Shown: positions 1 to 13,612, counted from the first letter of the stretch. The stretch: 64,000 nt of DNA from an uncultured Clostridium sp. (GCA_948442365.1 CAOJRU010000006.1:3189-67188), one strand, 5' to 3'. The notes: generated by a model from the sequence alone, not told the origin. Numbers and translations are program-made.

Positions 1-196
1 TACCTTTATAGCTCATTTTTATAGTAAAGGCAATTGCATATAAAAGTCCTATTGAATCTTTATATTCACTATTTTTATCATTTGGATTTCCTTTTCCTCT
101 AACTGCTATATAATTTATTTTAGGAATTTCCACAATACTAGGTTTATTCTTTGGCATATAAAATTCCTTATATTCTTTTTTATAATCAAAAGCCAT
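1..196 (-). CDS. GyrI-like (AraC effector-binding fold) domain protein, N-terminal part only; the gene runs off the window start
   Basis: Minus-strand translation from the ATG at 196 gives MAFDYKKEYKEFYMPKNKPSIVEIPKINYIAVRGKGNPNDKNSEYKDSIGLLYAIAFTIKMSYKG..., open to the window edge. This is a typical N-terminus for this family. Confidence 0.5.
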   Translation of the reverse strand, partial: MAFDYKKEYKEFYMPKNKPSIVEIPKINYIAVRGKGNPNDKNSEYKDSIGLLYAIAFTIKMSYKG

Positions 197-210
197 TTTA
201 TTTTTCCTTT

Positions 211-675
211 CTACTCATCTAATGCAATATAAATATGAATTTCTTGTTTTTGCATATCCTCTGAATTGTTTTGATATTCTTCAAAATCACAAGTATATTT
301 TCTTTTTAAATCCATATTCCATATTTCTTGCCAAGCTTGTCCTACTGAATTTTGCACATCGCCTATTAGAATGAATTTTGCATATTTTCCTTTTGGAATC
401 ACAATACTTTCTAGTCCTTCATTACTTTCTACTTCTTTACTCACTTCTGCTCCTGCCATAAATGTATAAGGTTTTGTATAATCTCCCTCATATTGTGCAT
501 ATAATCCTATTGTTTTATGATTTACTTTATTTTCTATTTTCTCATAAATTCCATTAGCAAATAACTTTTGCCAAGTTAATCCTATGTCTTGCACAGCCTT
601 TCCCTCTTGATTCGTTGTTTTAATTTTCATTCCTACAACAATCTTTTCTTGTAATTCTACTACTTCATATTTCAT
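211..675 (-). CDS. GyrI-like small-molecule-binding (effector-binding) domain protein
   Basis: 154 aa ORF; MKYEVVELQEKIVVGMKIKTTN...IGLYAQYEGDYTKPYTFMAGAEV...KYAKF is the typical GyrI-like/AraC_E_bind pattern. It lies next to a YafY regulator. Confidence 0.7.
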   Translation of the reverse strand: MKYEVVELQEKIVVGMKIKTTNQEGKAVQDIGLTWQKLFANGIYEKIENKVNHKTIGLYAQYEGDYTKPYTFMAGAEVSKEVESNEGLESIVIPKGKYAKFILIGDVQNSVGQAWQEIWNMDLKRKYTCDFEEYQNNSEDMQKQEIHIYIALDE

Positions 676-731
676 AATATCTACCTCCTAAAAGAAGTGT
701 ATCTTATTTAACTTGACAACTGTATGTCATA

Positions 732-1631
732 TTATAAATAATTTTTTAAAGTTTTTTGTAATTTATCTTTAATTATATTTCTAGCATAGCTAGGATTTAA
801 AACTTTTGCATATTCTCCAAAAGATAAAACATAGCCATATACCCATTCATTCTCTGGACATTCTACTTTTACTCTAAAATTCCCATCTTCCTTTTTCGTT
901 ATTTGATTACTTTCAAATTCATCATATACTCTATAAGCCATATTTTTGCTTATCTCTAATTCAAGCTCTATCATTTTTAAAGGACATTTGTCTTCACTTT
1001 CTTCTTTGGGAAGTTCTCTTTCAAAATGTTCTTTTAATGTTTTACATTCTTTTACTCTTGCCATTTTAAATATTCTATAATCTTGTTTGTTTCTACAATA
1101 ACTTATTAAATACCAAGCTTTATCTTTAAACCATATTTGTAATGGTTCTACCATCCTTTTGCTCTCTTCTCCCTTAGTATTATAATAGATAAATTGAATT
1201 ACTTGTTTATTTAAAATAGCAGATTTAATTGTGTCAAATTGTTCTTCTTGCTCATTATCTTTCCCCCAATAAGAAAAGTCAATTTTAATCCAATCATTTA
1301 CTTTTTTATTAAATAATGTACTTAACTTTTCTAAAATATCTTTTTCATCTTGCCCTCTTACTTTCTTCATTCCTTGTAATGCAAATAAGATCTGATTTTG
1401 CTCTTCCTCAGAAAGAATGGTTTTATTTAATATATATTCATCTAAAATTCCAATTCCTCCTTCTTTTCCCTTACTTGCATAAATTGGTATGTTTGCACTA
1501 CTTAATGTTTCTATATCTCTGTATATGGTTCTTGTAGATACTTCAAATTTTTCGGCTAACTCCTTTGCTGTCATTTTTTTCTTTTGTATCAAAATATATA
1601 TTATTTCAAATAATCGGTTATTTACTTGCAT
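732..1631 (-). CDS. YafY-family transcriptional regulator (N-terminal HTH plus WYL domain)
   Basis: 299 aa. The N-terminus NRLFEIIYILIQKKKMTAKELAEKFEVSTRTIYRDIETLSSANIPIY is the canonical YafY HTH, and the length fits HTH-WYL-WCX proteins. Confidence 0.8.
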   Translation of the reverse strand: MQVNNRLFEIIYILIQKKKMTAKELAEKFEVSTRTIYRDIETLSSANIPIYASKGKEGGIGILDEYILNKTILSEEEQNQILFALQGMKKVRGQDEKDILEKLSTLFNKKVNDWIKIDFSYWGKDNEQEEQFDTIKSAILNKQVIQFIYYNTKGEESKRMVEPLQIWFKDKAWYLISYCRNKQDYRIFKMARVKECKTLKEHFERELPKEESEDKCPLKMIELELEISKNMAYRVYDEFESNQITKKEDGNFRVKVECPENEWVYGYVLSFGEYAKVLNPSYARNIIKDKLQKTLKNYL

Positions 1632-1800
1632 GATTTCCTCCTATAAATATTATAACACATAAATATGACATCTGTTTGTCATATTCAAAAAAAGTAAGCA
1701 TAAATATAAAAAATTAGCCCAAAAAGCATTTATAAAATACTTCTTAGGCTAATTCTTTATTTTTATTTTCTATAACAAATTTTGTAAAATTGCTAACATT

Positions 1801-2433
1801 CTACTTATCTACTAACATTTCCTTAATCTTCATCAATCTCGAAGTAGAAGCTCTTTCATCTTCTGACAATTTTAATTGAATATACTTAATCGTATCTTGA
1901 TAATTAGGAATGGTAACATTTTCAATCGCATTCACTCTTCTTCTCGTCTTTTCAATTTCAGCAGAAATCAATTCAATTGCCTTTTCATTTTGTGCCAGTT
2001 CTAATAAAACTTTGGAAACTTCTGAAAAACTTTCAATTGCTTTATCCAATTCCGAAGTCGTATCAGCAAAACCATAAAGTGCCTTGTTATCCGTCTCTCT
2101 ATTTTCCTCAAAATGAAACTTTGGAATTTTAACACTCATAATATTAATTTCTCCAATTTCTATGGAAACAGACTTTTTAGGAATCACCAAAGCTTCTTCC
2201 ATATACTCTTCTCCCATAACGGCTTTCGCTAGCATAAAATTTTGATAAGCCATTTTTAACATTTCATCTGCCTTATGACGAAGAACTTGATTTTCTTGTA
2301 CAAGATTCAATATCTTCTTAATCAATTCATCTAATTTATCTTTCAAAAGTTTATGTCCTTTTTGTGCTGTCTTGAGAGATTTTTTCATATTGATACTTTC
2401 GATACGAGTCAAATTTACATTTAATACTGCCAT
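1801..2433 (-). CDS. ntpD: V-type ATP synthase subunit D
   Basis: 210 aa coiled-coil protein (NVNLTRIES...KKSLKTAQKGHKLLKDK...) located immediately after the B subunit. Confidence 0.9.
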   Translation of the reverse strand: MAVLNVNLTRIESINMKKSLKTAQKGHKLLKDKLDELIKKILNLVQENQVLRHKADEMLKMAYQNFMLAKAVMGEEYMEEALVIPKKSVSIEIGEINIMSVKIPKFHFEENRETDNKALYGFADTTSELDKAIESFSEVSKVLLELAQNEKAIELISAEIEKTRRRVNAIENVTIPNYQDTIKYIQLKLSEDERASTSRLMKIKEMLVDK

Positions 2434-2469
2434 ATTTAATTTTCCTCTCTTTTTTAATATCTATCCACT

Positions 2470-3843
2470 TTAGTTGTCTATGTAGTATTTATCAATATAT
2501 ACATCTTTAATACGTTTTAACTCTTGTTTTGGTAAAGTAGAAAGTAACTTCCAGCCAATATTCAAAGTTTCTTCAATCGTTCTATTCGTATCAAAACCTT
2601 GAGAAACAAATTCTTTTTCAAACTCATCAGCAAAATTAGCATAAATTCTGTCTAATTCAGAAAGTGCACTTTCTCCCAAAATAGCCATCAATTCTTTGGC
2701 ATCCTTACCACGAGCATAAGAAGCAAACAACTGATTTAATACTCCAGAATGATCCTCTCTTGTTTTACCTTTTCCAATTCCCTCATTTTTTAAACGAGAT
2801 AAGGAAAGTAATACATCAACAGGAGGAGTCATTCCTCTTTTATTTAAGTCTCTACTTAAGACGATTTGTCCTTCTGTTATATAACCCGTCAAGTCTGGTA
2901 CTGGATGTGTTTTGTCATCCTCTGGCATCGTTAAAATTGGGATCATGGTCACAGATCCTTCTTTTCCTTTTATCTTTCCTGCACGTTCATAAATAGAAGA
3001 TAAATCTGTATATAAATAACCTGGATAAGCCCTTCTTCCTGGAATCTCTTTTCTTGCTGCCGAAATCTCTCGTAATGCTTCTGCATAATTTGTCATATCT
3101 GTCATAATGACTAATACTTGCATGTCTTGTTCATACGCCAAATATTCCGCTGCTGTTAATGCCATACGAGGCGTTGATATACGCTCTACGGCTGGATCAT
3201 TTGCCAGGTTAATAAACATAACAGAACGACTAATAGCTCCTGTTTCCCTTAAACTATCAATAAAAAATTCTGCATCTTCAAATGGAATTCCTATAGCTGC
3301 AAAAACTACAGCAAATTTGGAATCTTCTTTTAATACACTTGCTTGTCTTGCTATTTGTACAGCCAATTCTGCGTGTGGTAATCCGGATCCTGAAAATATT
3401 GGTAATTTCTGCCCAATTACTAGGGTATTTAATCCATCAATGGAAGATACTCCTGTTTGAATAAATTCAGATGGAAAGATTCTAGCTGCTGGATTAATTG
3501 GTTTTCCATTGATATCTACTTTTTTATCTGCTATCACATTTGGCATACCATCAATAGCTTCTCCCATTCCATTAAATACTCTACCTAAAATATTTTTTGA
3601 TACGCCAAATTCTAGCCCTTTTCCTAAAAATCTTACTTTCGATTCTTTTAAATTAATTCCTGTGCTACTTTCAAACAATTGAACCAATGCTGCATTTTCA
3701 TTAACTTCTAACACTTTACACAATCTCGTCTCTCCATTTTGAAGTTTTATTTGTCCAATTTCGTCATATTTCACATCTTTTACATTTTCCACTAACATCA
3801 AAGGTCCTGCTGTTTCTTTTATGGTTTTATATTCTTTTATCAT
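2470..3843 (-). CDS. ntpB: V-type ATP synthase subunit B
   Basis: 457 aa; conserved motifs [14 protein letters not shown] and [22 protein letters not shown]. Confidence 0.95.
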   Translation of the reverse strand: MIKEYKTIKETAGPLMLVENVKDVKYDEIGQIKLQNGETRLCKVLEVNENAALVQLFESSTGINLKESKVRFLGKGLEFGVSKNILGRVFNGMGEAIDGMPNVIADKKVDINGKPINPAARIFPSEFIQTGVSSIDGLNTLVIGQKLPIFSGSGLPHAELAVQIARQASVLKEDSKFAVVFAAIGIPFEDAEFFIDSLRETGAISRSVMFINLANDPAVERISTPRMALTAAEYLAYEQDMQVLVIMTDMTNYAEALREISAARKEIPGRRAYPGYLYTDLSSIYERAGKIKGKEGSVTMIPILTMPEDDKTHPVPDLTGYITEGQIVLSRDLNKRGMTPPVDVLLSLSRLKNEGIGKGKTREDHSGVLNQLFASYARGKDAKELMAILGESALSELDRIYANFADEFEKEFVSQGFDTNRTIEETLNIGWKLLSTLPKQELKRIKDVYIDKYYIDN

Positions 3844-5624
3844 TCTGCTAGACCTCCTTTTTCCATGATAGAGTCTGTTTCTTGCATCATCTCTTTTTCA
3901 ATTTCATCAAATTCTCTATCTACTTTTGACTCTTCTATGAATTTTGCTTTTCCTATTTTTGAAACATATGGTAATCGAATATACTCTTCTACATTCACAC
4001 CAGCTTCAATCGCTTTGCTCATTTTATCATAAAACTTGAATATCATTTTCAAAATTCTTTCTTGCTTATGACTAGAAGCATAACAATCTACCTCATCAAA
4101 CGCATCTTGTGCCAAATAGTCTTCTCTTAAAATTCTTGCTACTTCTAAAGTCACTCTATCCTTATCAGAAACGGCATCAATTCCTACTAATTGCACAATT
4201 TCTTGTAATTTTGCTTCTTCTTGTAAAATTGCCATCGCTTCATTTTTCAAAGAAACAAATTCTTCACTGATGTTCTCTCTTTCCCATTTTTCTGCTTGTT
4301 CTTTATATAAAGAATAACTCGTAAGCCAGTTAATAGATGGGAAATGTCTTTTGGCTGCTAAGCTGGCATCTAATCCCCAGAATACTTTTACAATTCTCAA
4401 GGAACTTTGGCTAACTGGTTCTGAAATATCTCCACCTGCTGGTGATACGGCACCAATTACCGTAAGTGTTCCCTTTCTTCTGTCACTTCCTAAACATTCT
4501 ACTTTACCAGCTCTTTCATAGAATTCGGCTATTCTAGATCCTAAATAAGCTGGATATCCTTCTTCTCCTGGCATTTCTTCTAGTCTTCCACTCATTTCTC
4601 TTAGTGCTTCTGCCCATCTTGAGGTAGAATCTGCCATAAGCGCTACATTGTACCCCATATCTCTATAATATTCGGCAATTGTAATACCTGTATAAATAGA
4701 AGCTTCCCTTGCCGCTACTGGCATATCAGAGGTATTGGCAATCAATACCGTTCGATTCATCAAAGAATCTTTTGTTCTTGGGTCAATTAAGTCTGGAAAT
4801 TCTGTTAAAACTTCTGTCATTTCATTACCACGTTCTCCACAACCTACATAAATAATAATGTCCGCATCCGCCCATTTTGCTAGTTGATGTTGAATGACCG
4901 TTTTTCCACTACCAAATGCTCCTGGTATAGCACAGGTTCCCCCTTTGGCAATTGGGAAAAAGGTGTCAATTACCCTTTGACCTGTTACTAACATATCATC
5001 TGGATTTAGCTTTTTATTTACTGGTCTTGGCTTTCTTACTGGCCATTTTTGCATCATTTGAATTTCATGTAATTTTCCTTTTTTATCTTCTACCACACAA
5101 ATGGTTTCCGTTACTGTATAATCTCCAGATTTAATATCTTTGATAACGCCTTCTATTCCCACTGGAACCATTATTTTACAAGCAATTACTTTGGTTTCTT
5201 GGACAATTCCTATAATGTCTCCTGTTTTAACCGTATCTCCTACATTTTTCTTAGGAACGAATGTCCATTTTCTATTTTTGTCTATACTATTTACTTCAAT
5301 TCCTCTTTCTATGTTCTTTCCTGTTCTCTCATAGATTTTATTAAGTGGTCTTTGAATTCCATCATAAATGGATGTTAACATACCAGGACCTAACTCAACA
5401 CTAAGTGGCATTCCTGTTTGCATTACTTTTTCTTGTGCTCCGATCCCAGATGTTTCTTCATAAACTTGGATAGAAGCATTTTCGCCATGCATGGCTATAA
5501 TTTCGCCAATTAGATTCTTTTCCGATACTTTTACTACATCAAACATATTGGCATCTTCCATACCTTTTGCTATGACTAATGGACCTGATACTTTTGTTAT
5601 GATACCTTCTTTCAATCCTTTCAT
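3840..5624 (-). CDS. ntpA: V-type ATP synthase catalytic subunit A
   Basis: 594 aa; Walker [10 protein letters not shown], then [11 protein letters not shown] and [25 protein letters not shown]. Overlaps the ntpB start by 4 nt. Confidence 0.95.
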   Translation of the reverse strand: MKGLKEGIITKVSGPLVIAKGMEDANMFDVVKVSEKNLIGEIIAMHGENASIQVYEETSGIGAQEKVMQTGMPLSVELGPGMLTSIYDGIQRPLNKIYERTGKNIERGIEVNSIDKNRKWTFVPKKNVGDTVKTGDIIGIVQETKVIACKIMVPVGIEGVIKDIKSGDYTVTETICVVEDKKGKLHEIQMMQKWPVRKPRPVNKKLNPDDMLVTGQRVIDTFFPIAKGGTCAIPGAFGSGKTVIQHQLAKWADADIIIYVGCGERGNEMTEVLTEFPDLIDPRTKDSLMNRTVLIANTSDMPVAAREASIYTGITIAEYYRDMGYNVALMADSTSRWAEALREMSGRLEEMPGEEGYPAYLGSRIAEFYERAGKVECLGSDRRKGTLTVIGAVSPAGGDISEPVSQSSLRIVKVFWGLDASLAAKRHFPSINWLTSYSLYKEQAEKWERENISEEFVSLKNEAMAILQEEAKLQEIVQLVGIDAVSDKDRVTLEVARILREDYLAQDAFDEVDCYASSHKQERILKMIFKFYDKMSKAIEAGVNVEEYIRLPYVSKIGKAKFIEESKVDREFDEIEKEMMQETDSIMEKGGLAE

Positions 5625-5635
5625 CCCTTTCTTGT

Positions 5636-5962
5636 TTAAGAATTACTTTCTTTAAAATTAATTTCTATTCCAACTGCTTTTTGTACCATATCTTTGATTC
5701 TCTTTTCTCCTTGATGTATATTTCCTGTATTACTTGGTATGGTTAGAATAGCTGGAATTTTATTTTTTTGTAATTTTTCTAAATATTTCTCTGCTTTTAT
5801 ACTTACGTTTTCTGTTATATATATAATGGCATAATTTTTTTCTATTAGTTGGGGGATGATTTTTTTGACATCCTTTTCTTCATATGCTGGATATATGTCC
5901 ATTCCTATAGCAGAAAATCCAAATATTGATTCTTTATCTCCCATTACTGCTATTTTATACAT
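5636..5962 (-). CDS. V-type ATP synthase subunit F
   Basis: 108 aa; MYKIAVMGDKESIFGFSAIGMDIY is typical of V/A-type F subunits. Position is between C and A. Confidence 0.8.
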   Translation of the reverse strand: MYKIAVMGDKESIFGFSAIGMDIYPAYEEKDVKKIIPQLIEKNYAIIYITENVSIKAEKYLEKLQKNKIPAILTIPSNTGNIHQGEKRIKDMVQKAVGIEINFKESNS

Positions 5963-6923
5963 AACTTTCCCTTAGCCTTTCTTTAATTTTTTCGTTACTT
6001 ATGTTATTTAACTTTCCTGTAAAAATAATTCTAAGATTTTTGAATTCTGTTTGTTTCGCATAGATAAATGATACAATAGGCTCTATGGTAAGTGCTTTTA
6101 TTTTAGCTTCTTTCATATAATTCATAATATAATTATCGCAAAACTTATCTAAGTTATCATAATGATAAATTGCCTGTTCTATGGTCTCAGAAAATCCAAC
6201 AAATTTATATTTTAGACTTTGTTCTTCTTCTGTCAAATTATCCATAAAAGTATTCAAAGTAATATTTCCGCCCTCTATATAAGAAACTTCCATTAAAAAA
6301 GATTCTTTATATATCTTTCTAATTCTAAAAAAAGTCTTTATATTGGTAATATCAATTAATTTTTCGATATATTTTAAAATAAATTCATTGTTTAACTTTT
6401 CTGCCAATTTTTTTCTTTCCGAAAAACAAGCTTTATCTAGCACGGCATCTATGATAAATGGCATTTTTCTTTTTTCATATAACTTAATTGCTTCTTCTAC
6501 TGCCTGCCTCATAGTTTTATTTAGCCTATCATATTCTTTATTTTCCATGATGGATTCTATTTCTTCTTTGGAAAAAATCCCACTACCCAATAACTTATTT
6601 TTATATTCTTTTTGTTGTAGGTTTGCTTTTAATATTAGTTTTATATTGTAATAGTCATTCTTATTTAAAAATATTTGGGTAATGTTATGTTCTTCCATGA
6701 TTTCTTTTATCAATTTATATAATGCTTCTTCTGCTTTTTCTAAAACAATCTCATAGTCTTCATATCTTTCCATACTATCAAATGGATAATCTTTTTCTCT
6801 TAAAATTGATACAATTCTTTCTATGCTATTTTCTTGTGCTAACTGTTCTAAATTGCTATTGCTTAATAAATGGTTTTCTTTTACCTTTATTTTTGCTACT
6901 GCATACGGATATATCTTTTCCAT
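5955..6923 (-). CDS. ntpC: V-type ATP synthase subunit C
   Basis: 322 aa helical protein in the C position of the operon (E-C-F-A-B-D order, as in the Enterococcus hirae ntp operon). Confidence 0.8.
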   Translation of the reverse strand: MEKIYPYAVAKIKVKENHLLSNSNLEQLAQENSIERIVSILREKDYPFDSMERYEDYEIVLEKAEEALYKLIKEIMEEHNITQIFLNKNDYYNIKLILKANLQQKEYKNKLLGSGIFSKEEIESIMENKEYDRLNKTMRQAVEEAIKLYEKRKMPFIIDAVLDKACFSERKKLAEKLNNEFILKYIEKLIDITNIKTFFRIRKIYKESFLMEVSYIEGGNITLNTFMDNLTEEEQSLKYKFVGFSETIEQAIYHYDNLDKFCDNYIMNYMKEAKIKALTIEPIVSFIYAKQTEFKNLRIIFTGKLNNISNEKIKERLRESYV

Positions 6924-6946
6924 CTGAACCTCCTATTCTAGTTAAA

Positions 6947-7510
6947 CTAAAATCTAAATAAAATGGTATCAATTTCTTTTTCTATTTCTTCGTCCATGAA
7001 TTTCATATTTTCTTCAAAATCGTAATTGTATTCTATTTTTCCACATTTTACGATAACGCCTGCTTCGAATTCATCTGTTTCTTCTAACACTTTCATACCA
7101 TAATCAGTTGCTATTTTTCGGATTGGTTCATAGCATTTTTTAGGTAATACAATTTCTACCTCTTTTTCGTCTTTATATTTTTTGATTTTTTCGTCTATTA
7201 TTTGGATATATTCTGCTTCATTTAGGTCTTTTATTTTCTGTTTCACTTTTTCTTTTACAATTTCTATGATTCTCTTTTTTTCGATTAATATTTTACTTCT
7301 TGCGTCGAAATCTATTTTTTCTAACTCTGCCATCGCATCGGTTGTTATCTTTGCTTTCATGGTTTCAAATTTTTCTTGGGCTTGCTTGGTTGCTTTGTCT
7401 TTATTTTGACTTTCTATTTTTTGAGCCTTTTCTTCCGCTTCCTGGATGATAGTTTCTGCTTCTTTGGCAGCATCTTCTCTAATTTTGTTTAAGATAATCT
7501 CTTCTTCCAC
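6947..7510 (-). CDS. ntpE: V-type ATP synthase subunit E (GTG start)
   Basis: 187 aa with a Lys/Glu-rich coiled-coil N-terminal half and a globular C-terminus. An RBS (GGAAAGGAG) precedes the GTG at 7510. Confidence 0.8.
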   Translation of the reverse strand: MEEEIILNKIREDAAKEAETIIQEAEEKAQKIESQNKDKATKQAQEKFETMKAKITTDAMAELEKIDFDARSKILIEKKRIIEIVKEKVKQKIKDLNEAEYIQIIDEKIKKYKDEKEVEIVLPKKCYEPIRKIATDYGMKVLEETDEFEAGVIVKCGKIEYNYDFEENMKFMDEEIEKEIDTILFRF

Positions 7511-7571
7511 GCGTCAATCTCCTTTCCTACTTTTTCTTAATAGTACATTTTAGACTAATTCCTTAATCTAA

Positions 7572-7704
7572 GTTGTAATTATTATTTTACAGCACCGCGT
7601 AAGCGACCAAACGAGCGAAAGCGAGTGCGATTGGAGCAACCGACTAATGATTTTTTGTTTAGAAGGTTGCGACACACAAGGTGCAAAAAATAATATATTA
7701 CAAC
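7572..7704. repeat. GC-rich core flanked by imperfect AT-rich inverted repeats, inside the V-ATPase operon (ntpK-ntpE spacer)
   Basis: Arms are GTTGTAATTATTATTTTACAGCACC (7572-7596) and GGTGCAAAAAATAATATATTACAAC (7680-7704). The core GCGTAAGCGACCAAACGAGCGAAAGCGAGTGCGATTGGAGCAACCGAC...GGTTGCGAC is much more GC-rich than its surroundings. Confidence 0.5.
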
Positions 7705-7734
7705 TTTAATTAACATTAGACTAAATACTACTAT

Positions 7735-10127
<2,393 letters not shown>

Positions 10128-10191
10128 TTTCTTTTATCATCCCTTTCTGTCTTCATTTGAAGTTCTTTGGGTCTCTTTTTTTTGCTGTTTT

Positions 10192-10506
10192 TTAAATATT
10201 GATAACTTTTTTAAATATCTTATCTACTGCTTCTGGTACATTTTCTTGTAGTGTTGTTTGTAGCCTTTGAAGTTTTTCATTTGTTTCTGCCTGTATTTTT
10301 ATTTTTATTTTGGCATTTTCTTCTGCCTTTTCTTTTTGCAAGTCTTTTGCTTGTTGCTCCAATTGCCCTTTAAAGTAATTTTGACTAATCTCTTTGGATT
10401 CTTCCGCTTTTTCTAAAATCAGTTTGGCTTTTTGCTCGGCTTCTTGCTTTGTCTTTTCTGCCTCTTTTTCTGCTTCCACAATTTTTTTAATACTTCGAAG
10501 TCCCAT
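10192..10506 (-). CDS. V-type ATPase peripheral-stalk small subunit (G/H-like coiled coil), first gene of the operon
   Basis: Lys/Glu/Ala-rich coiled coil. The RBS AAAGGAGTG sits 5 nt before the internal ATG at 10506 (MGLRSIKKIVEAEKEAE...). The ORF-track start at 10536 lacks an RBS. Confidence 0.6.
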   Translation of the reverse strand: MGLRSIKKIVEAEKEAEKTKQEAEQKAKLILEKAEESKEISQNYFKGQLEQQAKDLQKEKAEENAKIKIKIQAETNEKLQRLQTTLQENVPEAVDKIFKKVINI

Positions 10507-10749
10507 CTTTACACTCCTTTCTTTTCCTGTTTTCATTCCATACTACAAAATAGATATTTTCGTTGATACAAACTCACTTTAAGAATATTTGATACTATTC
10601 TGAAATATTTACATAATGATTGTATCACTTTTTTACTCAAAGTCAATATATTTTGAAAAAAACTTAAAAAATAGTAAAAATATTGCTTCTTTTTCTTTTC
10701 TATATTATAATATACATGATTTTATAAATTGAGATAGGAGATGAAATTT

Positions 10750-11274
10750 ATGAGTAAAAATGTAGACGTTTCTATCATCATGGGAAGTGACTCTGACTTG
10801 CCCATCATGAAAGATTGTGCAAAATTTTTGGAACAAATGGGAATTTCTTATGAAATAAAAATTCTTTCTGTTCATCGTACCCCAGAAAAAGCAACCGAAT
10901 ATGCCAAAATGTTAAAAGAAAATGGAGTAAAAGTAATTATTGCTGGTGCTGGTGGAGCGGCTCACCTTCCTGGTGTATTTGCTGCTATGTTACCAACTGT
11001 TCCTGTAATTGGTGTTCCTATTCATACCAAAACACTAGGTGGAGTTGATTCTTTATATTCTATTGTTCAAATGCCTTCTGGTATTCCCGTTGCTACTGTT
11101 GCTATTAACGGAGCAAAAAATGCTGGTATTTTAGCAACTTCTATTTTAGCTGTGGGAAATGAAGAACTAAAAAATAAATTGGCAGATTTTAAAAATTCTT
11201 TGAAAGATGCCGTGTCTCAAAAAGATGAAAAGTTACAACAATTAGGCTATGAAGCTTATTTGTCCAATATGTAA
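10750..11274 (+). CDS. purE: 5-(carboxyamino)imidazole ribonucleotide mutase PurE
   Basis: IIMGSDSDLPIM...IIAGAGGAAHLPGV...VIGVP motifs. The ATG at 10750 has better RBS spacing (AGGAG) than the one at 10741. Confidence 0.9.
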   Translation: MSKNVDVSIIMGSDSDLPIMKDCAKFLEQMGISYEIKILSVHRTPEKATEYAKMLKENGVKVIIAGAGGAAHLPGVFAAMLPTVPVIGVPIHTKTLGGVDSLYSIVQMPSGIPVATVAINGAKNAGILATSILAVGNEELKNKLADFKNSLKDAVSQKDEKLQQLGYEAYLSNM

Positions 11275-11300
11275 TTGTAAAAAGTAAAGGTGGTTTTAAA

Positions 11301-12149
11301 ATGAAAAAAATTAGTAGTGGTAAAGTTCGTGAAATATATGAAGTAGAGGATGATAAACTTTTGATGGTTGTTTCTGACAGAATTTCTGCATTTGATTATA
11401 TTTTACCAAGTCTTGTTCCAAACAAAGGAAAAATATTAAATCAAATTTCTGAATTTTGGTTTAACTATATTAAAGATATTATTCCGAATCATATTATATC
11501 AACAGATAGTAAAGATTTTCCTGAAGAGTTTCAAACAGAGGATTTTGAAGGAAGAAGTATGTTAGTTAAAAAACTAAAAATGATTCCTATTGAATGTATT
11601 GTAAGAGGATATATTACTGGTTCTGGGTGGAAAAGTTACCAAGAAAATGGAACAGTTTGTGGTATTCGCTTACCTGAAGGATTGCAAGAATCCGAAAAAT
11701 TGCCAGAACCAATTTTTACACCAACTACAAAAGCAGCAGAAGGACATGATGAAAATATTTCTTTTGATGAAGTTTGTAAATTAATTGGCAAAGATTTAGC
11801 AGAAGAATTACGTACTAAAACAATTGAAGTTTATTCAAAATGTGCAGAATATGCTGCCACTAAAGGTGTTATTATTGCTGACACAAAATTTGAATTTGGC
11901 TTAGATGAAAATGGTACTTTAGTAATTGCAGATGAAGTATTAACACCAGATTCTAGCAGATTTTGGCCTGCTAACGATTATGAAGTAGGAAAAAGTCAAA
12001 AAAGTTTTGATAAACAATATATTCGTGATTGGATTAAGTCTACTGGTTATGACCCAGAATCTGGTACACCAATTCCAGATGATGTAATTGATACTACTGT
12101 TAATAAATATAAAGAAGCTTATAAAATTCTTACGGGAAAAGATTTCTAA
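11301..12149 (+). CDS. purC: SAICAR synthase PurC (long form)
   Basis: 282 aa; GKVREIY...SDRISAFD...ADTKFEFG...LTPDSSRFW. Confidence 0.9.
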   Translation: MKKISSGKVREIYEVEDDKLLMVVSDRISAFDYILPSLVPNKGKILNQISEFWFNYIKDIIPNHIISTDSKDFPEEFQTEDFEGRSMLVKKLKMIPIECIVRGYITGSGWKSYQENGTVCGIRLPEGLQESEKLPEPIFTPTTKAAEGHDENISFDEVCKLIGKDLAEELRTKTIEVYSKCAEYAATKGVIIADTKFEFGLDENGTLVIADEVLTPDSSRFWPANDYEVGKSQKSFDKQYIRDWIKSTGYDPESGTPIPDDVIDTTVNKYKEAYKILTGKDF

Positions 12150-12190
12150 ATCTATTCTATTACAATAAAATGTATAAAAAGATACAGTCT

Positions 12191-13612
12191 TTAAAACTGT
12201 ATCTTTTCAAATTTATCCTTATCAATCTCTTTTGGCACATCAATCGGATACTTACCAGTAAAACATCCATCGCAGAATCCTTTTACTTTACAAGGTTTAG
12301 TTATTTCCTTTAAACTCTCTAAACTCAAATATTCCAACGTATCTGCACCAATCTCCTGTCTAATTTCTTCTACTGTTTTGCCATGAGCAATCAAATTTTC
12401 TCTTTTATCTACATCTGTTCCAAAATAGCAAACATCTACAAAAGCAGGAGATGCAATTCTAATATGAACCTCTTTTGCACCAGCCTCTTTTAAAGATTTA
12501 ATAATTCTAGTAATAGTAGTACCTCTTACAATAGAATCATCCACTAATACTATTTTCTTACCTTTTACAGTATGATGTAATGGATTTAATTTCAAATTGA
12601 CTAATTTCTTTCTCTTGTTTTGCGTATTTTGGATAAAAGTTCTTCCAATATATTTGCTTTTAACAAACACAATATCATAAGGAATTTTAGATTCTTTTGA
12701 ATAACCCAAAGCAGCATCATTTCCGGAATCAGGAACCGCTGCTACAATATCGGCATCCACAGGCGCTTGTCTTGCTAACCATCTACCAGCTTCTTCACGG
12801 AAAAGATGTACATTCATACCATCTATGGTAGAATCTGGTCTAGCAAAATAGATATACTCAAATACACAAGCTCCTTTTTTCTCATCTGGTAAAAATTTCT
12901 CACTTACCACTTCATTATTCGTAATTGTCACTACTTCGCCTGGTTCAATATCACGATCTAAAGTAGCTCCCATAATATCTAATGCGCAACTTTCAGAAGC
13001 AAATACAATATCCTCTCCAGAATGTCCCATACAAAGAGGCCTAAAGCCTTGTGGGTCTCTAACAGCAATCATTTTTTGTGGTGATAAAATTAAAAGGGAA
13101 TACGCTCCTTTTATAATTTTCATAGTATTTTTTACAGCTTCTTCAATAGAATCTGTTTTTAATCTTTCTTTTACGATAATATGGCATATTATTTCGGTAT
13201 CACTTGTAGTGGTAAAAATAGCACCTTCTTCTTCTAATTCTCTTTTTAGCTCTACTGCGTTGGTTAAATTTCCATTATGAACCACTGCCAAATTTCCCTT
13301 TTTATGTCTTACTACCATTGGTTGTGCATTTTCTTTTTTACTCGCACCTGTTGTAGAATAGCGTACATGTCCAATGGCCATTTTACCTTGTGGCATACTT
13401 GATTGGACTTCTTTTGTAAAGACTTCAGAAACTAATCCCACATCTTTATGAAAATGAATGATACCATCCTCATTAATGGCAACACCACAACTTTCTTCTC
13501 CTCTATGTTGCAAAGCAGATAATCCCACACAAACTTGTCCAATTAAATCTTCTTTTGCTCCTTTGGCATAAATTCCAAACACACCACATTCTTCTTTTAA
13601 TTTATTAAACAT
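12191..13612 (-). CDS. purF: Amidophosphoribosyltransferase PurF
   Basis: 473 aa; N-terminal ...ECGVFGI (Ntn Cys), HRGEESCG, and the PRPP loop VLVDDSIVRGTT. Confidence 0.95.
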   Translation of the reverse strand: MFNKLKEECGVFGIYAKGAKEDLIGQVCVGLSALQHRGEESCGVAINEDGIIHFHKDVGLVSEVFTKEVQSSMPQGKMAIGHVRYSTTGASKKENAQPMVVRHKKGNLAVVHNGNLTNAVELKRELEEEGAIFTTTSDTEIICHIIVKERLKTDSIEEAVKNTMKIIKGAYSLLILSPQKMIAVRDPQGFRPLCMGHSGEDIVFASESCALDIMGATLDRDIEPGEVVTITNNEVVSEKFLPDEKKGACVFEYIYFARPDSTIDGMNVHLFREEAGRWLARQAPVDADIVAAVPDSGNDAALGYSKESKIPYDIVFVKSKYIGRTFIQNTQNKRKKLVNLKLNPLHHTVKGKKIVLVDDSIVRGTTITRIIKSLKEAGAKEVHIRIASPAFVDVCYFGTDVDKRENLIAHGKTVEEIRQEIGADTLEYLSLESLKEITKPCKVKGFCDGCFTGKYPIDVPKEIDKDKFEKIQF

